47,774 nt of DNA, taken from positions 3,765,145 to 3,812,918 of the forward strand of contig NC_057719.1 in NCBI RefSeq assembly GCF_004010195.1, given 5' to 3'. Below are positions 1 to 12,860 of the stretch, in pieces. The position numbers were made by a program, and so were the translations under genes. The notes beneath the pieces were generated by a model. That model made no database searches and was not told where the DNA came from. It was given only the letters and a program-made list of their open reading frames with translations. How positions within the stretch are numbered: position 1 is the stretch's first letter; each line of letters opens with the position of its first letter. This stretch comes from Chiloscyllium plagiosum. Its lineage: Eukaryota.

Positions 1-382
1 TGTAGAGGTCAGTGTGCCAGACTACCACTGCGCCCCCTTTGTCCGCTGGCTTGATGGTGAGGTCAGGTTTGGAGCAGAGGGATTGGAGGGCTGCGCGTTG
101 TGAGGGTGAGAGGTTGGAGTGGGGGAGGGGGGTCGACAGGTTGAGGCGGTTAATGTCCCGGCGGCAGTTGTGAATGAAGAGGTCGAGGGCAGGTAATAGG
201 CCAGCGCGGGGTGTCCAGGTGGATGCAGTGTGTTGGAGGTGGGCGAAGGGGTCCTCAGAAGGTGGGCGGGAGTCCTGATTGTGAAAGTAAGCTCGGAGGC
301 GAGGCAACAGAAGGGGGTGCAATGGTAGTCTGGCACACTGACCTCTACACCGCTGAATCCAGACGCCAACTCGAGGACACCT
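1..382 (-). mobile_element. Penelope-like element RT fragment with an internal inversion
   Basis: The minus strand encodes LTIKPADKGGAVVVWHTDLY, the PLE RT ADKG motif. The same segment recurs inverted at ~309-349. Confidence 0.8.
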
Positions 383-520
383 ATGAATAGGAAGGGTTTA
401 CAGGGATATAGGCCAAATGCTGGCAAATGGGACTACAATAATTTAGGGTATCTGGTCAACATGGACGAGTTGAAAGGAAGGGTCTGTTTCCGTGCTGTAC
501 ATCTCTATGATTCTATGACT
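383..520 (+). mobile_element. CR1 LINE 3' end
   Basis: tatgaataggaagggttta...ggtctgtttccgtgctgtacatctctatga tail, same family as 29230-29349 and 18804-18960. Confidence 0.75.
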
Positions 521-606
521 GTAATTAAACTCTTAAAGGGATTTCCCTCGGTTTCCCAAGGAAGAATTATGAGATCTATCTGAAATCCTACATCATTAGA
601 CCATAC

Positions 607-769
607 CTTGTTACAGCAGTTCTTACTAAGCATGAAGGGGAACACTCGCTGCTTGGCATATGATGATACAGTCCGTCTCCGACTCTGACAACCATACATA
701 AAAATGTTCTGCTTCCGACTGTGACCGTGGAGATCACAGTATAGAAACACCGTCCGCTCCTCCATTAAC
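607..769 (-). CDS. AGBL3: AGBL3/CCP3 coding exon (163 bp) carrying the third zinc ligand, DLHGH
   Basis: Acceptor tttctttccag|G at 770/769 and donor AAG|GTATGG at 607/606. Translates (R)LMEERTVFLYCDLHGHSRKQNIFMYGC...QRVFPFMLSKNCCNK. The phase-2 join CG|G with the 4760 exon is in frame. Confidence 0.95.
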
Positions 770-956
770 CTGGAAAGAAAGAAGAAAGGCGAACTTCCTT
801 CCACCATAAGATCAGAAGTGGAGATGTTTGCTAACGATTGTTCAAAGTTCAGCACCATTCATGACTCCTCAGATACAGAAGCAATCAATATCTAAATGCA
901 GCAAGACCTGGAAAAAAATCTAGGTTTTGGCTGACAAATGGCAAGTAACATTTGTG

Positions 957-1243
957 ATGTGAAGGTGCTGGTGATGGACTGGGGTGGACAAAGTTAAAAA
1001 TCACATATCACCAAGTTATAGTCCAACAATTTATTTGGAAGTACAAGCTTTTGGAGCACTGCTCCTTCATCAGGTAGCTAGTGGGACAGGATCATAGGAC
1101 ACAGAGTTTATAGTAAATACTATAACTGTAAATGACACAGTTTACTATAAATTCTATATCCTATGATTCTGCCCCACTAGCTACCTCCAAAAGCTTGTAC
1201 TTCCAAATAAACCTGTTGGACGACAGCGTGGTGTTGTGTGATG
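957..1243. mobile_element. Penelope-like inverted pLTR pair with a decayed hammerhead motif
   Basis: ~1000-1117 is mirrored by ~1141-1241. Degenerate TSD agtaacatttgtg (944-956)/agtgacgtttgtg (1244-1256). Minus-strand CTGATGAAGGAGCAGTGCTCCAAAAGCTT at 1045-1073. Confidence 0.7.
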
Positions 1244-1319
1244 AGTGACGTTTGTGTCACACAAATGCCTATCAATGCCTATCTCTGAGAAGAGAGCATG
1301 TAGTCCCAATAAAGCCTTA

Positions 1320-3005
1320 AGGAGGATAGGAGAAGTAGGCCATTCAGGCTATCAAGCCTGCTCTGCTATTCAATGAGATCATTGTTGATCTGATAATCGT
1401 CAACTCCACTCTCCTCCCTTTTCCCCATAACCCTTGATTCCTTATTAATTAAAAATCTTTGACAAAGGGTCAGTTAGATTCGAAACGTCAGCTCTTTTCT
1501 CTCCTTACAGATGCTGCCAGACCTGCTGAGATTTTCCAGCATTCTCTCTTTTGGTTTCAGATTCCAGCATCTGCAGTAATTTGCGATTATCTAATTAAAA
1601 ATCTGTCTACCTCAACTTTGAATAGACTTAATGACCCAGCCTCAACAGCCCTCTCTAACAAAGAATTCCACAGAATCACCACCCCAAGAGAAGAATTTCC
1701 TTCTTATCTCGCTTTCTAAAATGTGTGACCACTTATTCTGAGATGATACCCTCTGGTCCTAGACTCTCCCAAAAGGGGAAACAAACTCTCCACATTTACC
1801 CTACAAGTCCCATAAGAATCTTGCGTGTTTCAATAGGTCACCTCTCATTCTTCTAAACTCCAATGAGTACAGACCCAATCTACTCAACCTCTCCTCACAT
1901 TGCAGTCCTTCCACACCTGGTATCCTTCACACCTAGTGAGCCTTCTCTGGATTGCCTCCAGTGCCAGTATACTGCTCTTACCCATTGCTCTGACTTGTGC
2001 TTTGCAAAGCTTTAGCCAAATCTATTTTTATACTCTAATCCTTTTGAAATAAAGGCCAACATTCTGTTTGCTTTCCCCATTATCCATTAAACTTCATGCT
2101 ATCTTTTTGTGATTTATGTATGTGTTTCAGATTTCTGCAATCTTTCTCCATTTAAACAACCAAATCTATTTTTATACTCTAATCCTTTTGAAATAAAGGC
2201 CAACATTCTGTTTGCTTTCCCCATTATCCATTAAACTTCATGCTCGCTTTTTGTGATTTATGTATGTTTCAGATTTCTGCAATCTTTCTCCATTTAAACA
2301 ATATTTAGCTCCTCTATTCTTCTTGCCAAAGTACATATTTGCAATTTTCCGAATTATATATCTTCTGCCATTCAATGATGGTAATCACTGGTAATTACTC
2401 ACTTACCCTGTCTCTATCCCTCTGCAAACCCTTTGCGTCAGCCTCACAGCTTGATTTGCAACCTGTAATATTGTTTATCCGTGAAGTTGGGTACAGTACA
2501 TTCACTTCCCTCATCTAAGTCATTAATATAGATGGTAAATTGCTATGGCCCCAGCACTGATCCCTGGGGCACATCACTCATTCCCACCCTGAAAATGTCC
2601 CCCTTCTCCCCCAACTCTTTATTCTATTCATTAGCCAACCTCCTGTCTATGCTAATGTACTACCTCCAACCCCAGAGGGCTCTTATCCTATTAAGTACCT
2701 TGTGGTACATTATTAAATAATATACATGTGATACCTTATCAAAGTCTTCTAAAATTCCAAATACATTACATTCATTAATTCCCAGTGTTTCTGTCCCTCC
2801 ATTGTCAAATAAAGATGTTACATTGGCAGTTTTCCAATCCTCTGCGACTCTTCCAGAATCTAAGAATTCCTTGAAGATTACTAACAGTGCATCTACTACC
2901 TCTGTAGCAACTTCCTCTAATATTCTAAGATATATCCCACCAGGTCCGGGGACAGATCAGTCTTTAGGCCCATTAGCTATTCTGAGACCTTTTTTCTAGT
3001 CATAG
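1320..3005 (-). mobile_element. Degraded CR1/L2 LINE with a nested pLTR fragment (~1460-1590)
   Basis: Typical CR1 3'UTR and RT remnants, including the ggccccagcactgatccctgggg (PQGSVLGP) motif at ~2548. Confidence 0.7.
2016..2301. repeat. Direct tandem duplication of ~143 bp (2016-2159, 2160-2301)
   Basis: Two adjacent near-identical copies beginning ccaaatctatttttatactct, with a few substitutions and a 2-bp indel. Confidence 0.9.
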
Positions 3006-3009
3006 CTAA

Positions 3010-3615
3010 CATTCAATGGCACAACTTTCATTAACCTCCCCCCTCCCACCCCACTCACCATCAACAACCTGGAGATTGCCGTACACCAGAAACTCACCTG
3101 GACTAGCCTTATAAATAAGGAAGCTACAAGGGTGGGTCAGAGGTGAGGGATCTTGCAGCACGTAACTTACCTCTTGACTCCCCAAAGCCTGCCCACTATC
3201 TACAAGGCACAAGTAAGGAATGTGATGGAATATTCCTTACTAACCTGGATGGGTCAGCTCCAATAACACTCAACAACCTTGACGTGTTCCAGGAAAAATT
3301 TACTAAAGATCCTTAGAGAGCACCTTCCAAACCCATGACCACTTCCATCTAGAAGGACGAGGGCAGCAGATACATGGGAACACCACTCCCTGCAAGTTCC
3401 CCTTCAAGCCACTCACTATATCACTGTTCCTTCACTGTCACTGGGTCAAAATCCTGGAATTCCCTCCCTAAGGGCATTGTGGGTCAACCCACAGCACATG
3501 GACTGCAGCGATTCAAGAAGGCAGCTCACCCCCACCTTCTCAAGGGGGCAACTAGGGAAGGCAATAAATGCTGGGCCCAGCCAGTGATGCCCACATCTCA
3601 TGAATGTATTTTGAA
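3010..3615 (+). mobile_element. LINE 3' fragment (CR1/L2 superclade), recurring family
   Basis: gtgatggaata...cctggatgggtcagctccaataacactcaa / ccacttccatctagaaggac blocks recur at ~11720-12000, 16870-17125, 35180-35810(-), 36190-36400(-) and 42150-43110(-). Confidence 0.65.
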
Positions 3616-3761
3616 ACACAAATAAAAGAGCAGAACAAATTGAGCATTTTACTCTGCGTCTAACCTCGTGGTATATGTTCTGTGAACATTTGTTGGGAAT
3701 AGTGCAGAGGGAGATTTACTCAATATCAAAAACCACGTGATGGGCAAATATGTCATCAAAG

Positions 3762-4198
3762 ATGAAAAATGTGGTGCTGGAAAAACACAACAGGCCAGGC
3801 AGCATCCGAGGATTAGTAGAATCGACGTTTCGGGCATAAGCCCTTCTTCAGCCTAGGCAGAAGATGAGGCACTCTTCCTCCAGGCGTCATGTGGCCAGGA
3901 TCTGGCGATGGAGGAGGCCAAGGACCTGCATGTCATTGGCGGAGTGGGAGGGGAAGCTAAAGTGTTCAGCTACGGGGGGTTGGGTTGGTTGGTGCGGGTG
4001 TCCCAGAGGTGTTCCCTGAAATGTTTCGCAAGTAGGCGGCCTGTCTCCCCAATGTAGAGGAGGCCACATCGGGTGCAGCGGATACAGTCAATGTTGTGTG
4101 TGGAGGTGCAGGTGAATTTGTGATGGATATAGAAGGATCCATTGGGGCCTTGGAGGGAGGTGAGGGGGGAGGTGTGGGCACAAGGTTTGCACTTCAAG
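3762..4198 (-). mobile_element. Penelope-like element: GIY-YIG endonuclease fragment plus pLTR
   Basis: ORF ...FTCTSTHNIDCIRCTRCGLLYIGETGRLLAKHFREH (YIG motif). Hammerhead core at 3824-3851. Confidence 0.85.
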
Positions 4199-4759
4199 GT
4201 GTCATCAAAACAGCCTGGAAGAGACAGACCCAAAATGGTGAGTCATTGATCGTTGAAGAGATGGAATCATTTTTTGCAAAAGGAAGGGGAAAATGTATTT
4301 TTGAAGCTCACAGCATTGCTCCTAACCATGAGGGATCTCTGAGTTGCACTCTTTTTTCTGTTGTCTGTCTTTGTATCCTCCTTGGGCTGCACAAGCCACA
4401 ATCTTACTAATCACACTCCCCCCAAGGTATTTTCCAATCAGCTTGTTCAGAGATGTCATTACACACCTCCAGAGCAGGTGGGACTATGTACCTTGACCTC
4501 TCAGCCCAGAGACAGGGACACTTCTACTGTACGACAAGTGGCCAACACTCCAATTGCACTATCCCTGACTGAGTTCAGATGCTCATCATGGCCCAGTGAC
4601 TGACACCAAAATATTGCTAGTGCCTATAGTTTATACTGCATGGCAATAACGGGATTTCCTCCCTGACTGAGTTGAGACCTGGGTATGATTCAGGGGAAGG
4701 AGATGGTGGATCACCTTTAACTTTGTAACACACTTTGTACCTGCTCCATTCTCTCTCAC

Positions 4760-5542
4760 CGTTTGATCAGTTTCCGGGTGTACCACACAGAGGGGTAGGT
4801 CTCCTTCAAATAGGACCGGTATTTACGATTTAAATCCTGACCAGAGAGTGAGCACCGGTAATTCCCCACGATGACCCCATCAGGGTTCAGCATTGGCACG
4901 ATTTTGAAAAGGAATGTGTCCCGCAGCAGATTGGCATCCATCGAGTTGCCAAGAAGATAGTCAAGGAAACCCTTCATCATCCAGGAGCTGTTGGTCTCTC
5001 CTGGGTGGACACGGGCGGTCAGGACCACTGCTTTCTTTTCGAGTGCGGCCTCGGAACTCTCAGAGGGATTTGTCACAGTCAGAACGTAAACCATGTTCCC
5101 AGCCAATGAGCGGCACAGCACCCGGACTTTGCAGAATTTGGACTTGGCTGGATCGTTGACCACGTGTGTCACATAGTCCTGGAGGTCAGAGTAGGTGTAG
5201 GGATAGCAGTGGGCAAAGTAGCAAGTGTCCCCGTAATGCGGGAACTCAAACGTCCAGGTGAGCGAGTAGTAGTGGTGCTTGCTGTTGCTGTAGTTGTTTC
5301 GGTAGTACTTGATTTGGCTCCCCACCCTGCGCCAGCCAATCTTGTGCAGCTCTGCATCCTTGGTGGAATACAACAGCGGCTTCATTCCCATGTTGTACAG
5401 GCTGGTGGGCTTCATCAGATTAATGATGGTGAAGCGGTACTGGACTGCTGGCTGCATGTTCTGCACCTGGAAGTAATACCACTGGGTGTGTTTTGCTGTG
5501 TAGAGATCTGTGCGCAACATCAGGTTATATTCATATTCTCCT
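4760..5542 (-). CDS. AGBL3: AGBL3/CCP3 large coding exon (783 bp): end of the N-domain plus M14 carboxypeptidase core
   Basis: Acceptor ttctacttctgcag|A and donor CG|GTGAGA. Motifs QWYYF, YFAHCYPYTY, RVHPGETNSSW (HxxE zinc ligands), PMLNPDG and DLNR. QIKYYRNN, CYFAHCYP, ETNSSW and PSVWYTR fit AGBL3 better than AGBL2 (recalled human sequences). Confidence 0.96.
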
Positions 5543-5876
5543 CTGCAGAAGTAGAATGGAAATAACCAGCTGATTAAGAGACAGGGAAATATTAAGTGCC
5601 CTGAGAATTCTGGCTGTGCAAATATGAGCAAAATAACTCTCTATTCATGTACCATTAAGCTATTTATTTTGAATAATGCTAATCTAATTCGTAGTGTGCT
5701 TAGAGGAACTTTAAACAAATTTGATATTGGTATCTGACCAATGCCAGATCTCTGCAATTTCATCATCATCATTATCAGTCATTTGTCCCAATGAATGGGC
5801 ATAGAGTCATACAGATTAACAGCACAGAAACAGACCCTTCAGTCCAACTGATCCATGCCAAACAGATATCCTAAAT

Positions 5877-6544
5877 TTGTGAGAAGATTTGTAGCTCGGG
5901 TGCTCGTTGCTGTGGTTCTGTTCGCCGAGCTGGAAGTTTTTGTTGCAAACGTTTCGTCCCCTGTCTAGGTGACATCCTCAGTGCTTGGGAGCCTCCTGTG
6001 AAGCGCTTCTGTGGTGTTTCCTCCGGCATTTATAGTGGCCTGTCCCTGCCACTTCCGGTTGTCAGTTTCAGCTGTCCGCTGTAGTGGCCGGTATATTGGG
6101 TCCAGGTCGATGTGTTTGTTGATGGAGTTTGTGGATGAGTGCCATGCTTCTAGGAATTCCCTGGCTGTTCTTTGTTTCGCTTGCCCTATAATACTAGTGT
6201 TGTCCCAGTCAAATTCATGTTGCTTGTCGTCTGTGTGTGTGGCTACTAGGGATAGCTGGTCGTGTCGTTTCGTGGCTAGTTGATGTTCGTGGATGCGGAT
6301 CGTTAGCTGTCTTCCTGTTTGTCCTATATAGTGTTTTGAGCAGTCCTTGCATGGGATTTTGTACACTACGTTAGTTTTGCTCATACTGGGTATCGGGTCC
6401 TTCGTTTTGGTGAGTTGGACATAAATGCCGGAGGAAACACCACAGAAGCGCTTCACAGGAGGATCCCAAGCACTGAGGATGTCACCTAGACAGGGGACGA
6501 AACGTTTGCAACAAAATCTTCCAGCTCGGCGAACAGAACCACAG
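5877..6544 (-). mobile_element. Young Penelope-like insertion: GIY-YIG ORF, pLTR and inverted partial pLTR, 14-bp TSD
   Basis: NVVYKIPCKDCSKHYIGQTGRQLTIRIHEH...REFLEAWHS. ~5908-6033 is inverted at 6421-6546. TSD cagatatcctaaat at 5863-5876 and 6545-6558. Confidence 0.92.
6470..6509 (+). ncRNA. Minimal type I hammerhead ribozyme motif in a PLE pLTR (mirror copy 5945-5984 on -)
   Basis: gca CTGAGGA t gtcacct-agac-aggggac GAAA c GTT tgc: stem I gca/tgc, stem II, and palindromic AACGTT in place of stem III. Confidence 0.65.
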
Positions 6545-8107
6545 CAGATATCCTAAATAAATTAAGTTCCATTTGCCAGCACTTTACCCATACCGCTCTA
6601 AACCTTTCCTATTCATATACCCATCCTGATGCCTTCTAAATGCTGTAATTGTACCAGCTTCCGACACTTCCTCTGGCCGCTCATCCAGTACACACAGCAC
6701 CCTTTGAGTGAAAAAATTGCCTCTTAGGTCCCTTTTAAATCTTTCTCCTTTCACCTTAAATCTATGTCCTCTAGTTCTGGACTCCCCCAACCAAGGGAAA
6801 ACATCTTGTCTATTTACCTTATCCATGTCCGTCATGATCTTAGAAACCTCTATAAGGTCACCCCTCAGCCTCCGATGCTCCAGGGAAAACAGTCCCAGCC
6901 TATTGAGCCTCTCCCTATAGCTGAAACCTTCCAACCCTGGTAACGTTCTTGTAAATCTCTTCTGAACCCTTTCAAGTTTAACAACATCCTCTCCTATAGG
7001 AGGGAGGCCAGAACTGCCCACAGTATTCCAAAAGTGGCCTAACCAATGTCCTGTACAGCTACAACATGACCTCCCAACTACTGTACAAAATGCTCTGACC
7101 AATAAAGGAAAACATACTAAAAGCCTTCTTCACTATCCTATCTGCCTGAGACTCCACTTTCAAGAAATCATGAACCTGCTCTCCAAGGTCTCTTTGTTCA
7201 GCAACACTCTCTAGGACTTTACCATGAAATATACAAATACTGCTCTGATTTGCTTTCCCAAAATGCAGCACCTCTCATTTATCTAATTAAACTCCATCTG
7301 CCACTCCTCAGCTCTTTGGCCCATCTGATCAAGATCCTGTTGTAATCTGAGGTAACCTTCTTCGCTGTCCACTACACCTCCAATTTTGGTGTCATCTGCA
7401 AACTTACGAACTATGCCTCTTATGCTCACATCCAAATAATTTATTTAAATGACAAAACGTAGAGGACCCAGCACCGATCCTTCTGGCGCACCACTGTTCG
7501 CAGGCCTCCAGTATGAAAAGCAATCCTCCACCACCGCTCTCTGTCTTCTACCTTTGAGCCAGTTCTGTTTCCAAGGGGCTAGTTCTCCCTGTATTCCATG
7601 TGATCTAACTTTGTTAACCAGTCTCTCATGGGGAACCTTGTCGAACACCTTACTGAAGTCCATATAGATCACATCCAATTATCTACCCTCATCAATCCTC
7701 TTCATTACTTCTGCAAGAAACTCAGTCAAGTTAGTGAGACATGATTTCCCATGCACAAAGCCTTGCTGACTATCCCTAATCAGTCCTTGCCTTTCCAAAT
7801 ACATGTAAATCCTGTCCCTCAGGATTCCCTCCACAACCTGCCCACCACGGATGTCAGGGTCACCGGTAAGCTTTTCCTTACCACCTTTCATAAACAGTGG
7901 CACCACGTTAGCCAACGTCCAGACTTCCGGTACCTCACCTGTGACTATTGATGATAAAAGTATCTCAGCAAGAGGCCCAGCAGTCACTTCCCTAGCTTCC
8001 CACAGAATTCCAGGGTACACCTGATCAGGTCCTAGGGATTTATCCACTTTTATGTGTTTTAAGACATCTAACACTTCCTCCTCTGTAATATGGACATTTT
8101 TCAAGAT

Positions 8108-8399
8108 TAGATTAGATTACTTACAGTGTGGAGACAGGCCCTTCAGCCCAACAAGTCCACACCGGCCCACAGACCCATTCCCCTACATTTACCCCTGCCC
8201 CTCACACTACGGGCAATTTAGCATGGCCAATTCACCTGACCTGCACATTTTTGGACTGTGGGAGGAAACCGGAGCACCTGGAGGAAACCCACGCAGACAC
8301 GGGAGAATGTGCAAACTCCACACAGTCAGTCGCCTGAGGTAGGTATTGAACCCGGGTCTCTGGCGCTCTGAGGCAGCAGTGCTAACCACTGTGCCACCG
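8108..8399 (-). mobile_element. HE1-like tRNA-derived V-SINE
   Basis: A/B-box head GGTGGCACAGTGGTTAGC...GGTTCAA, V-domain TGTGGAGTTTGCACATTCTCCCGTGTCTGCGTGGGTTTCCTCC, (AATCT)n tail. Confidence 0.9.
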
Positions 8400-8943
8400 G
8401 AGATGTCATCATCTATTTTCCCACAACCTGTATTGTCCATGTTCTTCTTCACAGTAAACACTGACGCAAAGTACTCGTTTAGTACCTTCCCATGTCCTAT
8501 GGCTCCACACAAAGGCCACCTTGCTGATCTTTGAGCGGTCCTGTTTTCTCCCTAGTTAGTCTTTTGTCCTTAATGTATTTGTAAAATCCCTTTTGATTCT
8601 CCTTAACCCTATTTGCCAAAGCTATCTGATGTCACCTTTTGCCCTCCTGATTTCCCTCTTAAGTATACTCCTACTGCTTTTATACTCTTCTAAGGATTCA
8701 TTCGATCTCCGCTGTCCAAACCTGACATATGCTTCCTTCTTTTCCTTGACCAAACCCTCAATTTCTCCAGCCGTCCAGCATTCCCTATACCCTAACAGGA
8801 ATATACTGTCTCTGGACTCTTGTTATCTCATTTTTGAAGGCTTCCCATTTTCCAGTCATCCCTTTACTTGCAAGCATCCAATAAGGTGCTCATCCCTTTC
8901 TTAATTCTCAGTTCCACTCAACTAACTTCCCTGGGCATATTAA

Positions 8944-9224
8944 ATTAGATTCCCTACAGTATAGAAACAGGCCCTTTGGCCCAACAAGTCCACACCGACC
9001 CTCCGAACAGTAACCCACCCAGACCCATTCCCTTACCCTATATTTACCCCTGACAAATGCACCTAACCTGCGCATCTTTGGACTGCAGGAAGAAACTGGA
9101 GGAAGCCCACACAGACACAGCGAGAACGTGTAAACTCCACACAGGCAATCGCCTGAGGTGGGACTTGAACTTGGGTCTCTGGTGCTGTGAGGCAGCAGTG
9201 CTAACCACTGAGCCACTCTGCCGT
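8944..9224 (-). mobile_element. HE1-like V-SINE
   Basis: Same head, V-domain and tail as 8108-8399. Confidence 0.88.
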
Positions 9225-10291
9225 CCCAAGAATACCCTCCCTAAGTACAGCTGTAATGCTATCCCTTATCAAAAATGCCACGACCTCTCCTCTCTTGCCC
9301 CCTTTCTATCCTTCATACAGCATTTGTATCCTGGAACATTCAGCTGCCAGCCCTGTCCAACATTGAGCCATATTCCTGTAATTGTTATGTAATCCCAGTC
9401 CCATGTTCCTAACCATGTCTTGAGTTCATCTGCCTTCCCTGTTAGGCCTCTTGCATTGAAATAAATGCAGTTTAATTTACTCATTCTCTGCTTTGTCCCT
9501 GCCTGCCCTGACTGTTTGACTCACTTCTTTTCCGAAATGTACCAGTCTCAGATTGACCTTTTTCCTCACTATCTCCCTGGTTTCCCACCCACCACCAATT
9601 ATGAGTTTAAATCCTCCCGAGCAGCTCTAGCAAATCTCCCTGCCAGTATCTTAGTCCCCTTCCAATTCAGGTGCAATCCGTCCTTCTTGTACAGATCACT
9701 TCTACCCCAGAAGCGATTCCAATAATCCAAAAATGTGAACCCTTCTCCCCTGCACCAGCTCCTCAGCCACACATTCATCTGTTCTATGCTCCTATTCCTA
9801 CCCTCACTACTTCATAGCACTGGGAGTATTCAGATACTACTACTCTTGAGGACCTCCTTTATAAATTCCTTCCCAATTTCCTACATTCTCCCTTCAGAAT
9901 CCCATCCTTTTTCCTTCCTACATCATTAGTTCCAATGTGTACAACAACCTCCTGCTGGTTCCACCTTCCTTTGAGAATATTCTGCACTCTCTCCGAGATA
10001 TCCTTGATCGTGGCACCAGAGAGGCAACACACCATTCTGATTTCTCACTGTTGGCCACAGAAACTTCTGTCTGTGCCTCTGACTAGAGAGTTCCCTATCA
10101 CAAACAATTGCTTGGAACCGATGTACCCCTCATTGCATAAGAGCCAGTCTCGATACCAGAAACTTGGCTGTTCGTGCTACATTCTCCTGAGAGTCCATCA
10201 CCCTCTACATTTTCCAAAGCAGCATACTTGTTTGAGGTGGGAATAGCCACACAGACTCCTGCAGTATCTGCCTCCCTCTCCTACCTTTCTT

Positions 10292-10605
10292 TTAGATTAC
10301 GTACAGTGTGGAAACAGCACCTTTGGCCCAACAAGTCCACACCGACCCTCCGAAGAGCAACCCACCCAGACCCATTCCCCTCCATTTACCCCGTCACCTA
10401 ACACTACGGGCAATTTAGCATGGCTCATTCACCTAACCTGCACATCTTTGGACTGTGGGAGGAAACTGGAGCACCCGGAGGAAAGCCACGCAGACATGGG
10501 AAGAACGTGCAAGCTCCACACAGACAGTTGCCCGAGGCAGGAACTGAACCCAGGTCTCTGGCGCTGTGTGGCAGCAGTATTAACTGCTGTGCCACTGTGC
10601 TGCCC
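10292..10605 (-). mobile_element. HE1-like V-SINE
   Basis: Same family, nested in CR1 ORF1. Confidence 0.88.
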
Positions 10606-12619
10606 CTGGCGGTAACCCATCTACCTGACTGCAGTTTTTCTCCCTTCCTATAACTGCCATCCATCACACAGCTTGAGCTGCTGTAAATTCTTTGTTGTCT
10701 CTAACTGCCACCCCAATCAATCAATACAATATGACAGGATTTGTAACCAAAAACACTTACTGCAGACATAATCATCAGTAACATGGAAATTCTCCCTAAT
10801 CTCCCACATCCGACATGAGGAGCACATCCCTCTATTAAGGGTCATCTTTGCACCTTAACAATCTACAGAAAATAGCACAGTCTTACTGCTCTAAAGAACA
10901 AGCACCCAGCTAACTTTGTACTTATGTACTATATTTTTAAATTTTAATTAAGAGACAGATCTCAATATAACATATAACTAAACCCACTCTACTCACTATT
11001 TTAAAAAGACAGCAAGGTTACATTTAAAAGCCATGCACTTATCAGCTCCTGTGCTGTGAGCTCTCCCACACAGGTTCCTCCAAAGTCAGCTGTGAATTTA
11101 GCTATTTGTTATTTTTTCTTAGACGCACTCCGATGTCCAGAGATACTTGAACTCAAACAGCGAAGGCAGTAGCTGTACAGGTTCACTGCTGTGTCAGACA
11201 GCACAGTGTGGGTTTCTTTCTCTCACTGACTATGTGGTCTCTTCCTCATCTTAAATGTGCGCTTGTTTTGATCTTTTTTCCCCCAAAGTTCCAAAACAAT
11301 GCAACAGCTTATAAAACAATAATTATTGCTTCTGCAATTTGAAGAAATCACCTCCAATGCTGAAAATACCTCAAAAAAGAAGCCCCTACAGCCACAAATT
11401 TTCCCCATCCTCCATCTTAGATTACCCAGAATCCTAATTAGGTCATCAAAACAAAGTTCCGTCTCATTGAACATTTCCAGGAAACACATGGCACAGTTGA
11501 AACACAGAGTAATGTTTCTTCTATAGTGTCCCATCCACTGCTGCCAAATTTGCTATTGAATGATAGCAATCAAAGGCAGATGATCAAAGCTTGGTCAGAG
11601 GGAGGCTTTAAAGTCTGTCTTCAAAAGATGAAGAAGAGAATTAGATGGGGAATTCCAGGGATTCAAGTCTTGGAAACTGAAGACAAATCCGCTCGGGTCA
11701 AGCCAATTTGCCAATGATCCTCAACAAGCCTCTTCCAAACCCATAACCACTTCCATCTAGAAGGACAAGAGCAGCAGATACATGGGAACTGCAAGTTCCT
11801 CTCAAAGTCATCATCATTCTGTCTTGAAAATATATTGCTGCTCTTTCAGTGTTCTGAGGGAATTCCCTCCCTCAGGGCATTGTGGGGCAACCCACAGCAG
11901 GTGAACTATGGTTCAAGAAGGCAGCATCAAGAGCAACCGGGGATGAGCAATAAATGCTGGTCGGCCAGTGACGCCCACACCCCACAAATGAATACATTTT
12001 TAAAAACTTGGGTTAGTGTCAAAGGCCTGAATCAACTGAGACCAGATGTCTGGGCACCTTGTAGAGCAGGAAGTGATTACAAAGAAATGGATGATGGGAA
12101 AGATACGGTAAGAGCAGCACGGAAATTGGAGGGACTTAAAACAACTGTGAACATTGTCAAATCTGCTTTATCAGAGTTGAATATAGGTCAATGAGAAGGG
12201 AGCTGATAAATGAAAATAATTTGATGTAATTGAGATAATGTGAAGAAGAGTTTCGGATGACTTCACGTTTGTGGAGGGTAGAACACAGTTGGCTATTCTA
12301 ATCTACAAAGCCAGCTAGTGAAGGATAAAACTGGAGGCAATCTTTCTACGTTTTAATATTTGCTTACTGATCTCTAGACTACAAACGGGCCTCTCCTAAC
12401 CCAACGACAACAGATTTAGTCTTTATTGATGGAGCATAACCTATTTTCTAATCAATCTGCTCAGCGACATTATGACACATCTCTGGAACAGGTGAGACCT
12501 GAACCTGGGTCTCTTGGTTCAGAGGTAGGGACACTACTGCTTTGCCACAAGGGCTCTTTTTCATGGAGCTCAAGTGAATCTCCTGCTAATGACCACCTGT
12601 ATACAATTAATATACAATA

Positions 12620-12860
12620 AACAATGTTGGTTGAGAGATAATTATTGGTCTGGAGACCAGACCTTTCCTCTACTAACTACTTCAAATTAGTCGATGTGGT
12701 ATCTTTTAGGTTCACCTGGAAAAGTAGACAGGTCCTTCACCTAATATCTCAAAAAGAAAGTAATTCCAAAGCAGTAACCCTTCCGTACTGCTCTAGAAGT
12801 GTCAAGCCCTGTTATGTACTGCAGTCTTGCCTTCTGACACAGTGGTAACAATGATACTGC
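12620..12860 (-). mobile_element. Old Deu-SINE remnant
   Basis: Reverse complement resembles the Deu domain (…CCAATA.TTAT.CTCAACCAACAT…). Similar to 33810-34180 and 44090-44470. Confidence 0.5.

Larger units (their letters stand above)
5800..11420 (-). mobile_element. Near full-length, decayed CR1 LINE (5'UTR, ORF1, APE-RT ORF2) with nested insertions
   Basis: ORF pieces: LNCIYFNARGL (APE start, 9484), KSLGPDQVYP, DVIYMDFSKVFDKVPH, PEGSVLGP, LERVQKRFTR, RRLRGDLIE. 3' tail near 5800. Interrupted by one PLE and three SINEs. Confidence 0.9.

Noticed and set aside
505..858. 117-aa ORF (and the first ~30 aa of 4756-5631) as standalone genes
   Set aside because: Intronic read-through beyond clear splice sites. 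Only the exon cores are homologous to CCP3.
4914..5565. Plus-strand and alternate-frame ORFs over the big exon
   Set aside because: Shadow ORFs of a GC3-rich AGBL3 exon, with no independent motifs.
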